64,000 nt of DNA from an uncultured Bacteroidales bacterium (GTDB lineage: Bacteria > Bacteroidota > Bacteroidia > Bacteroidales > VadinHA17), in NCBI GenBank assembly GCA_963734885.1, contig CAVTIJ010000002.1, forward strand, positions 587,120-651,119. The letters run 5' to 3'. The notes under the pieces were generated by a model. The model had not been told where the DNA came from. It did no database searches and was given only the letters and a program-made list of their open reading frames with translations. The stretch's first letter is position 1, and every line of letters begins with the position of its first letter. Positions 57,004-64,000 of the stretch are shown here, piece by piece. The position numbers and the translations under genes are program-made.

Positions 57004-58350
57004 ATGAGAATACATTTCATTGCAATTGGCGGTGCCGTGATGCATAATCTGGCGATCGCACTTAAAATCAAAGGGTATAATGTCTCGGGATCTGATGATG
57101 AAATATTTGAACCATCCAGATCGAGGTTGGAGAAACATGGTCTGCTTCCTTCAAAATGGGGATGGGACAGAGCGAATATTACTGCAGATATTGACACTGT
57201 TATCCTGGGAATGCACGCAAAGGCTGACAATCCTGAACTACTCGAGGCAAAGAAGCTCGGAATAAAAATAATGTCCTTCCCCGAATATCTTTATGATCAG
57301 ACAAAAGTTAAAAAACGCATAGTAATAGCCGGCAGTCATGGCAAAACGACCACCACCGCCATGATAATGCATGTTTTACGATTTCTGGGAATAAAGTTCG
57401 ACTATATGGTAGGTTCTCAGATTGAGGGATTTGAAACCATGGTTGGATTATCTGATGATGCGCGGATTGCCGTTTTTGAGGGAGATGAATATCTTACATC
57501 AGCACTCGATAAAAGACCAAAGTTCCATCTTTATATGCCTGACATTGCTGTGCTTAACGGGATTGCCTGGGATCACATGAATGTATTCCCGACTTTTGAA
57601 AACTATATAGAACAATTCAGGGTTTTCGCTGACAAGATTTCAGATAACGGCTCACTGATTTATTTTGACGGCGACCCGGAAGTTAAAAAAATTGCTCTTT
57701 CCGCTCGTGGAAATATACGGAAGAAACCTTATAAGGTCCATGGGTATTTTCAAAACAAAACAGGATTTTATGCTGCCACTCATAATCGCGTAATACCAGT
57801 AAAGATATTTGGTGATCATAACATGCAGAACCTTTCCGCTGCAAAAGAAGTTTGTCTTGAATTAGGAGTGAAAGAAGATGATTTTTATAGTGCAATTCAA
57901 AGTTTTGAGGGTACCTCAAGGAGACTGCAGAAGGTAAAGGAAACTGAGAATGGATTGGTGTTTCTCGATTTTGCGCACTCCCCGTCAAAAGTAAAAGCTA
58001 CCGTTGAAGCGATCGTGTCGAGATATCCCGGCAGGGAAATCGTTGTTTGCCTCGAACTTCATACTTATTCAAGTCTAAACACTAATTTTCTTCCCCTTTA
58101 CAGAGGCACATTGTCAGGCGCTCAAAATGCATTTGTATATTTTAATCCGCATGCAATAAAACTAAAAAAGCTTGACTATCTTTCTAAAGATACTGTTACT
58201 GAGGCTTTTGGCGGGGAAAATATTAAAGTATATGATAATAGTGAGGAAATGTTTTCATATATTAAATCTCAAAATTACCGGAGCCCGGTTTATCTGTTAA
58301 TGAGTTCAGGCGATTTTGATGGATTTGATGTCAATCACCTTATAGATTAG
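57004..58350 (+). CDS. mpl: Mur ligase family enzyme, Mpl-like (UDP-N-acetylmuramate:L-Ala-gamma-D-Glu-meso-DAP ligase)
   Basis: MRIHFIAIGGAVMHNLA...GSDD N-terminus, GSHGKTTTT P-loop and Mpl-like size. The start is set at MRIHF. Confidence 0.75.
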   Translation: MRIHFIAIGGAVMHNLAIALKIKGYNVSGSDDEIFEPSRSRLEKHGLLPSKWGWDRANITADIDTVILGMHAKADNPELLEAKKLGIKIMSFPEYLYDQTKVKKRIVIAGSHGKTTTTAMIMHVLRFLGIKFDYMVGSQIEGFETMVGLSDDARIAVFEGDEYLTSALDKRPKFHLYMPDIAVLNGIAWDHMNVFPTFENYIEQFRVFADKISDNGSLIYFDGDPEVKKIALSARGNIRKKPYKVHGYFQNKTGFYAATHNRVIPVKIFGDHNMQNLSAAKEVCLELGVKEDDFYSAIQSFEGTSRRLQKVKETENGLVFLDFAHSPSKVKATVEAIVSRYPGREIVVCLELHTYSSLNTNFLPLYRGTLSGAQNAFVYFNPHAIKLKKLDYLSKDTVTEAFGGENIKVYDNSEEMFSYIKSQNYRSPVYLLMSSGDFDGFDVNHLID

Positions 58351-58445
58351 GAGGTAATTTTAATCGTAAGTTTTTTAAGGCGAAATATTTTGCAGATCAA
58401 AAAAAACATCGTTTATTTGCATCCGCATTTTCAAGTTCTTTGTAC

Positions 58446-58517
58446 GGTCCATTCGTCTAGTGGTTAGGACGTCAGGTTTTCATCCTGGTAACAGGGGTTC
58501 GATTCCCCTATGGACTA
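58446..58517 (+). tRNA. tRNA-Glu (TTC)
   Basis: Reads GGTCCAT-TC-GTCT-AGTGGTT-AGGAC-GTCAGG-TTTTCAT-CCTGGT-AAC-AGGGG-TTCGATT-CCCCT-ATGGACT-A. It parallels E. coli tRNA-Glu as I recall it. CCA is not encoded. Confidence 0.9.
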
Positions 58518-58547
58518 CAATTTTTAAGAAGATAAATTCATATATAC

Positions 58548-58799
58548 ATGGCAAATCATAAATCGTCGGAAAAAAGGATCAGGCAGATCGATGTAAGAAA
58601 AGAGAATAATAAATATTATGCAAAAACAACGCGTAATGCATTGAAGACTTTGCGTAGTACCAGCAATAAAGAGGAAGCTGCAGTTCTGCTTCCGAAATTA
58701 ACTTCCATGCTCGACAAACTGGCTAAGAAGAATATTATTCACAAGAAGAAAGCTTCGAATCTGAAATCTTCGATTGTGAAGCACGTAAGCAGCTTATAA
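58548..58799 (+). CDS. rpsT: 30S ribosomal protein S20
   Basis: 83 aa starting MANHKSSEKRIRQ. Confidence 0.95.
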   Translation: MANHKSSEKRIRQIDVRKENNKYYAKTTRNALKTLRSTSNKEEAAVLLPKLTSMLDKLAKKNIIHKKKASNLKSSIVKHVSSL

Positions 58800-58820
58800 T
58801 TTCATTCGAAAATATGATGG

Positions 58821-58850
58821 AGACTGTATCGATTAGGTACGGTCTTTTTT
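58821..58850 (+). terminator. intrinsic terminator after rpsT
   Basis: agactgta-tcgattagg-tacggtct stem followed by tttttt. Confidence 0.7.
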
Positions 58851-58880
58851 ATTTTATGTATTATGTATCATAGGCGATAG

Positions 58881-59005
58881 AACACTAAGGAAAGCACAAA
58901 GGAACACAAAGGAAGAAACGTATTGGGCTTTGAGTATCGGAAATCGGGAGTAGTACAACTTTGCGAACTTTGCGCCTTCTTTGCGACCTTTGCGGTTAAA
59001 GGATT
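58881..59005. repeat. CACAAAG-word palindromic element, copy g (right arm uses CTTTGCG words)
   Basis: aacactaaggaaagcacaaaggaacacaaagg ... ctttgcgaactttgcgccttctttgcgacctttgcggttaaaggattt. Confidence 0.8.
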
Positions 59006-59085
59006 TCAAATTTTAGTCACCCCAAACTCTAGTCACTTAAAACTTTTCTTCTTATCTTGCATATGCATTTCTAAATTGCTGCTAG

Positions 59086-59769
59086 ATGTCACTTAAAATT
59101 ACTGACTGGGCCCTTGAAGACCGGCCCAGGGAAAAACTTCTTCAAAAGGGAACTGCTAGTCTTAGTGATGCCGAATTACTGGCAATCCTTATCAGTTCCG
59201 GAACAAAGGATAAATCGGCTGTTGATCTTGGCCGCGAGTTATTGGGGATTGTAAATAATAATCTGAACAGTCTTGGAAAATTAACTATCTCCGATCTGAA
59301 AAAAATTCACGGTATCGGCACTGCACGGGCAGTAACTATCGCCGCAGCCCTGGAACTGGGACGAAGACGGAAGCTGACTGAAGTAGAGTACATCCCTCAG
59401 ATCAGAAGTTCGAAAGATGTTTCTGATATTTTCCAGCCGTTGCTATCCGATCTCCTTCATGAAGAATTCTGGATACTTTATCTCAACAGGTCGAACAAAG
59501 TGATAAGTAAGATGAAGCTGAGTCAGGGCGGCATTAGCGGAACGGTTACTGACGTCAGGATGGTAATGAAGAAAGCCATCGAATGCCTCGCTTCAGGAAT
59601 CATTGTCTGCCATAATCATCCTTCGGGAAATCTGAATCCCAGTGAGTCAGATTCAAAAATCACCCAAAAAATAAAGGAAGCCGGAAACCTGATGGATATC
59701 CAGCTTCTCGATCACCTGATAATTTCAGATAAAGATTATTACAGCTTTGCGGATAACGGACTGCTTTAA
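59086..59769 (+). CDS. radC: RadC-family JAB/MPN domain protein
   Basis: 227 aa with an HhH region (IHGIGTARA) and the JAMM motif HNHPSGNLNPSESD. Confidence 0.9.
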   Translation: MSLKITDWALEDRPREKLLQKGTASLSDAELLAILISSGTKDKSAVDLGRELLGIVNNNLNSLGKLTISDLKKIHGIGTARAVTIAAALELGRRRKLTEVEYIPQIRSSKDVSDIFQPLLSDLLHEEFWILYLNRSNKVISKMKLSQGGISGTVTDVRMVMKKAIECLASGIIVCHNHPSGNLNPSESDSKITQKIKEAGNLMDIQLLDHLIISDKDYYSFADNGLL

Positions 59770-59788
59770 TCTGTTCATTTAACATCAG

Positions 59789-59886
59789 AACACAAAGAAA
59801 TCACAAAGGGCACAAAGCAGTTATCTCTAAATTTGATCTTTTGGATCTTTGTGTAAACCTTTGTGACCTTTGTGGTTGATGGATTT
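59789..59886. repeat. CACAAAG-word palindromic element, copy h
   Basis: cacaaagaaatcacaaagggcacaaag - centre - ctttgtgtaaacctttgtgacctttgtggttgatggatttt. It overlaps the last ~28 codons and the stop of folK. Confidence 0.85.
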
Positions 59887-60394
59887 TGTTAAAAGTTGAA
59901 TGAGGTCCGGGTTTTATTTTTCTCACCTCACTCCTATCTTCACATATTTCCAGCAGCTCTGCCAGTGTCTTTTTCAGAACCGGATGAATCATGTCAGGGG
60001 CGAATTCGCACAATGGAACCAGTACAAATCGTCTTTCATGAAGCAGCGGATGGGGTATTTTCAGATTCTGATCATCAACTATGAAACCGTTGTAAAGCAA
60101 TATGTCAATATCGATAAGTCGAGATGCATATCTTTCTGCACTCCTGACCCTGCCCATCGAAGATTCAATATGCAGTATCTGCTCAAGGAGGATCTCAGGA
60201 ACAAGATCAGTTTCAATCTCTGCAACCATATTCAGAAATTCATCTTTTGTCTTAAATCCCCACGGTTCAGTCTCGTAAATCGATGAGCATTTCAGAACCG
60301 GACCAACGTTCTCCTCAATTCTTTTGATGGCCTCATCCAGATTCTTCTCCCTTTTCCCAAGGTTGGTTCCGATTCCAAGAAATACATTTTTCAT
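59801..60394 (-). CDS. folK: 2-amino-4-hydroxy-6-hydroxymethyldihydropteridine pyrophosphokinase (HPPK) with a repeat-derived C-terminal tail
   Basis: Motifs GTNLG, YETEPWG, RLIDIDIL and PHPLLHERRFVLVPL. ATG at 60394. The tail NKIHQPQRSQRFTQRSKRSNLEITALCPL is encoded by element h. Confidence 0.85.
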   Translation of the reverse strand: MKNVFLGIGTNLGKREKNLDEAIKRIEENVGPVLKCSSIYETEPWGFKTKDEFLNMVAEIETDLVPEILLEQILHIESSMGRVRSAERYASRLIDIDILLYNGFIVDDQNLKIPHPLLHERRFVLVPLCEFAPDMIHPVLKKTLAELLEICEDRSEVRKIKPGPHSTFNKIHQPQRSQRFTQRSKRSNLEITALCPL

Positions 60395-60493
60395 AACCAA
60401 TATTCTGAAATCAAAAGTATTAAATATGTATACCTTTACAAATTCAATTTGTTTATATATATTTAAAGTTCATTCAATCAAATTGTTCAAAAA

Positions 60494-62263
60494 ATGAAAA
60501 GTTTTCTTAAGTACACACTCGCAACAATTACAGGAATAATTATTGCCTCGGTTTTATTTTTTGTCGTAATGCTGGCAAGTATTACTGCTTTAATTTCATC
60601 AGGAAATAAACCGGTTTCGATAAGTGATAATTCGATCCTTATAATCAAGGCAGGAGTTCCGATTCCCGACAGGGGAAATCAGAATCCTCTTAGCGGAATC
60701 GACCTTGTTAATCTGACTCTCACTTACACTCCGGGTCTGAATGAAATACTTCATAACATTGAAAAAGCCGCTAACGATAATAAAATCAAGGGGATACTCA
60801 TTGAGAACGGACTGCTTCCCGGTGGTTGGGCAACTACTGAAGAGATCAGGAATGCTATTGCAAAATTCAGGGAAAGCGGGAAATTTGTCATCTCTTATTC
60901 TGATTATATACTTACACAGGAGTGCTATTACCTTGCAACTGCCGCTGATAAGATTTACATTAACCCTGGCTCAATGGTCGATTTCAAAGGATTAAGCAGT
61001 GAGGTGATGTTTTTCAAAAAAGCTTTGGAAAAAATCGGAGTTGAAGTTCAGGTAATTCGTCACGGGAAATTTAAAGGTGCTGTTGAACCTTTCATCCTCG
61101 ATAAATTAAGCGACGAAAATAAAGCCCAGATAAAGGACTATACAGGTTCAGTCTGGAATCAGGTTTTGGCAGATATCTCAAAATCAAGAAATATTTCGAT
61201 TGATAAGCTGAATAAGATAGCCGATGATCTTGATGGGAACCTGGCAACAGGTGCTCTTGAAAATAAATTAGTTGATGGCCTTAAGTACCGCGATGAGCTG
61301 ATTGATACTTTAAAAATCTTATCAGGGATCAGTTCGAATAAAGATCTCAACCTTGTTTCCCTGGTAAAATATAATAAAGTACCCGAAAATAAAATGAACT
61401 ATTCTTTGAAGAAAAAAATAGCTGTGGTATATGCAGAAGGGACAATCGTAACAGGGAAAGGAAATGAAGGCAATATTGGTGGAAATTATTATGCTGATGT
61501 TATCAGGAAAGTGAGGCTCGATACTGCATTTAAAGCCATTGTTGTAAGGGTCAATTCACCGGGAGGAAGCGCAACCGCAGCCGATATCATCTGGCGGGAA
61601 ATTGAACTTGCTTCCAAAGTAAAACCGGTTGTTATATCAATGGGAAACTATGCGGCTTCAGGAGGATATTATATTTCAGCTCCAGGAACAAAAATATATG
61701 CTGATCCTATGACTATTTCAGGTTCAATAGGAGTCTTCGGACTTATCCCGAATGCAAATAAGCTGCTCGAACAAAAACTCGGACTGACAACAGAAACTCT
61801 TAATACAAATAAAAACTCTGATTTTCCATCCGTTACAAGGGCAATGAGTCCGTACGAAAGGGAACTTATGCAGATGAGCATTGAAAAAATATACGGAGAT
61901 TTTGTAAATAAGGTAGCCTCAGGACGCAAAATGAGCTCACAATCGGTTGACAGCATCGGCCAGGGAAGAGTTTGGAGCGGAACAAGCGCTCTGAAAATCG
62001 GGCTTGTTGATGAAATGGGCGGAATTGAAGATGCAATTAAAGGAGCCGCAGAACTTGCAGGCATTAAATCTTATTCAATCAGAGAATTACCCGAGATTGA
62101 AGATCCGTATACAAGAATACTATCGCAGCTTGGTGGAGATGTTAAAATGAACATTCTGAAAAATGAACTCGGTGAATCAGTGAAGCTTTATAAAATGATC
62201 CAGGAAGTTAAAGAAATGTCAGGGATCCAGGCCAGACTGCCATATTTCATTGATATACATTGA
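60494..62263 (+). CDS. sppA: signal peptide peptidase SppA, 67K type
   Basis: 589 aa with an N-terminal TM, two ClpP-like halves and SPGGSA and YAASGGYY motifs. Confidence 0.9.
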   Translation: MKSFLKYTLATITGIIIASVLFFVVMLASITALISSGNKPVSISDNSILIIKAGVPIPDRGNQNPLSGIDLVNLTLTYTPGLNEILHNIEKAANDNKIKGILIENGLLPGGWATTEEIRNAIAKFRESGKFVISYSDYILTQECYYLATAADKIYINPGSMVDFKGLSSEVMFFKKALEKIGVEVQVIRHGKFKGAVEPFILDKLSDENKAQIKDYTGSVWNQVLADISKSRNISIDKLNKIADDLDGNLATGALENKLVDGLKYRDELIDTLKILSGISSNKDLNLVSLVKYNKVPENKMNYSLKKKIAVVYAEGTIVTGKGNEGNIGGNYYADVIRKVRLDTAFKAIVVRVNSPGGSATAADIIWREIELASKVKPVVISMGNYAASGGYYISAPGTKIYADPMTISGSIGVFGLIPNANKLLEQKLGLTTETLNTNKNSDFPSVTRAMSPYERELMQMSIEKIYGDFVNKVASGRKMSSQSVDSIGQGRVWSGTSALKIGLVDEMGGIEDAIKGAAELAGIKSYSIRELPEIEDPYTRILSQLGGDVKMNILKNELGESVKLYKMIQEVKEMSGIQARLPYFIDIH

Positions 62264-62330
62264 TAAAGATAAAAGATAAAAGTAAAAAGATAAAAGTAAA
62301 TTAGATTTTGAAAGGTTCTATAGAGTATTT

Positions 62331-62378
62331 TTCTTTGTGTCCTTTGTGTTATCCTTTGTTTCCTTTGTGGTTTTTTTT
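62331..62378. repeat. CACAAAG-word element, copy i (half element, CTTTGTG orientation)
   Basis: Sequence tttctttgtgtcctttgtgttatcctttgtttcctttgtggtttttttt. It is preceded by a gataaaa/gtaaaaa short-repeat tract (62265-62300). Confidence 0.75.
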
Positions 62379-62416
62379 GAACTTTTCTATAATCATATTC
62401 TCGTGTATTTATCAAT

Positions 62417-63502
62417 ATGATGATCAGGCGTAATATCTTACTGTTTCCGTTATCACTTATCTACGGTTTAATTACCGCGTTCAGGAATTTTCTGTTTGAC
62501 TCCGGGATTCTCCCTTCAAAAGAGTTTTCCATTCCTGTTATCTGTGTTGGAAATATTACTGTTGGCGGAACAGGAAAAACCCCTCATACCGAATATATAG
62601 CCGGATTGTTAAAGGCAAATTTTAAGGTAGCAACCCTGAGCAGGGGTTATAAAAGAAAAACTCATGGATTCATGATTGCCACCCCGTCATCAACTGTAAA
62701 TGAAATTGGTGACGAGCCATTGCAGATCTTCAGGAATAATCCCGATATATTAGTCACAGTCGACGAAAAAAGAGTTTCTGGCGTAAAACGAATACTACTG
62801 GAACATCCTGATACAGAGGTTATTGTTCTCGATGATGCATTCCAGCACAGAAGTATTACACCCGGTTTCTCAATCCTTTTATGTGATTTCAACCGGCCTT
62901 TATTAAGTGATCACATGCTGCCATATGGCAACCTGAGAGAAAGCAGAAGCAATATGCGACGTGCTGATGTTATACTTATTACAAAGTCTCCTGAAGACCT
63001 TCCCGCTATACAAAGAAGGCTGATTGTAAAAGAATGGGATAAGTCAGATTATCAGAATCTATATTTTACTTCTCTTAAATATAAAACTCCAGTCAGTGTT
63101 TTTGGAGATACTCAAAAAGAGATTGTTGACTTCAGGGATTGCGGGATCGTTTTGGTAACAGGAATAGCCAATCCTGAACCGCTCAAAGAATATCTGAAAA
63201 AATATCACAGTGAAATAATTCATCTCGAATTTCCTGATCATCATGATTATGATGAAAAAGATCTTTTTAAAATTTCTGAAGCTTACAGCGATCTTAAATC
63301 AAAAAACAGGTTTCTGATTACAACCGAAAAAGATTCAGCTAGATTTAGAGAATTTACTAATATTGCAGAACCGGTTAAATCGGCTTTTTATTATATACCG
63401 ATAGGGATATCTTTTTTGAATGAAGATAAGGACGAGTTTGACAATCTGATAATTGATTATGTTAGAAAAAATCATAGAAACCACAGAGTTTCTGAAGACT
63501 AA
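62417..63502 (+). CDS. lpxK: tetraacyldisaccharide 4'-kinase
   Basis: 361 aa with the P-loop VGNITVGGTGKTP. Confidence 0.9.
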   Translation: MMIRRNILLFPLSLIYGLITAFRNFLFDSGILPSKEFSIPVICVGNITVGGTGKTPHTEYIAGLLKANFKVATLSRGYKRKTHGFMIATPSSTVNEIGDEPLQIFRNNPDILVTVDEKRVSGVKRILLEHPDTEVIVLDDAFQHRSITPGFSILLCDFNRPLLSDHMLPYGNLRESRSNMRRADVILITKSPEDLPAIQRRLIVKEWDKSDYQNLYFTSLKYKTPVSVFGDTQKEIVDFRDCGIVLVTGIANPEPLKEYLKKYHSEIIHLEFPDHHDYDEKDLFKISEAYSDLKSKNRFLITTEKDSARFREFTNIAEPVKSAFYYIPIGISFLNEDKDEFDNLIIDYVRKNHRNHRVSED

Positions 63503-64000
63503 AGGGATGGTAAATCCTGATGCGGGAATTATTCTTGGTACCGGTCTTGGAGAACTTACAACAAAAATCAGTAACCGGATTGAAATTGATTACAGGGATA
63601 TTCCGCATTTCCCTCTTTCAACTGTTGAAGGTCATGCCGGCAAACTGATATTTGGAGAATTCGGCAAGAAGAAGATAATTGCCATGAAGGGACGTTTTCA
63701 TTATTATGAAGGCTATGACCGTGAACAGATTGCTCTTCCGATCAGAGTTTTAAAATATCTGGGTATCAAATGTCTTTTCCTTTCCAATGCTGCCGGCGGT
63801 GTGAATCCTTCATTTCAAATAGGGGATATTATGGTAATCACCGATCACATTAATCTACTGCCTAATCCATTGATTGGTCCGAATGATGAAAGGATAGGCG
63901 CAAGGTTTCCCGATATGGGGGAAGCTTATGATAAGTATCTTGTAAACAAAGCGTTAATAATAGCCGAAGAAAACAACATCAGAATTCATAAAGGTGTCTA
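63459..64000 (+). CDS. purine nucleoside phosphorylase, trimeric PunA type (3' end runs off the window)
   Basis: My own translation from ATG 63459 gives MLEKIIETTEFLKTKG...GIILGTGLG...STVEGHAGKLIFG...GRFHYYEGY...LSNAAGG...ITDHINL. The frame is open to the window end and overlaps lpxK by 44 nt. Confidence 0.85.
   Translation, partial: MLEKIIETTEFLKTKGMVNPDAGIILGTGLGELTTKISNRIEIDYRDIPHFPLSTVEGHAGKLIFGEFGKKKIIAMKGRFHYYEGYDREQIALPIRVLKYLGIKCLFLSNAAGGVNPSFQIGDIMVITDHINLLPNPLIGPNDERIGARFPDMGEAYDKYLVNKALIIAEENNIRIHKGV

Noticed and set aside
62265-62300. Short gataaaa/gtaaaaa repeat tract after sppA as a microsatellite of interest
   Set aside because: It has only 4-5 imperfect copies of an AT-rich heptamer directly after the stop codon, which is indistinguishable from low-complexity AT-rich spacer.
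63459-63502. 44-nt overlap of lpxK and the PNP gene as a possible frameshift or fusion
   Set aside because: Both proteins look complete at the overlapping ends: the lpxK tail is non-conserved, and the PNP start MLEKIIE precedes the usual GIILGTGLG by a normal distance. An ordinary overlap is the simplest reading.

Overview
AT-rich chromosomal segment that looks like Bacteroidota: it has the T9SS translocon gene sprA, a -33 TTTG / -7 TAnnTTTG promoter in front of a tRNA, FISUMP and DUF1080 proteins, and many lipoprotein signals. It is densely packed with mostly housekeeping or metabolic genes. I call about 55 protein genes and 2 tRNAs (probable initiator tRNA-Met, tRNA-Glu). I saw no rRNA, CRISPR array, transposase, integrase or phage genes. 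Recognisable units are: (1) a maltose/maltodextrin operon (MFS, pgmB, GH65 phosphorylase, GH13 amylase); (2) pepA-pdxA-ruvA-sprA; (3) M23 peptidase-dxr-rseP plus tatA; (4) a secreted GH16/DUF1080/FISUMP trio; (5) glpD-glpK-glpF; (6) a predicted periplasmic sugar-oxidation cluster (secreted lactonase, Tat-signal TIM-barrel isomerase, Tat-signal Gfo/Idh/MocA oxidoreductase, and a NapC/NirT tetraheme cytochrome fused to an FGE/SUMF1 domain); (7) sppA-lpxK-PNP. The least ordinary content is non-coding. Nearly every larger intergenic gap holds short word-repeat palindromic elements. One family built from CACAAAG words has at least 9 copies, and a G/C-rich nested-palindrome family of about 80 bp has 3 copies. 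A 133-bp tandem array of terminator-like units sits beside the tRNA-Met gene. Other points of interest are two unusual domain fusions (cytochrome c-FGE; nucleoside hydrolase-FmdE), an A15 tract inside the cytochrome gene, a eukaryote-like SRD5A steroid 5-alpha-reductase homologue coupled to an SDR, an orphan three-domain LigD, and two single-base frameshifts (sprA C-terminus, an esterase). All calls come from reading the sequence and recalling family motifs. No database search was run, so family names are motif-level assignments and novelty is unverified.
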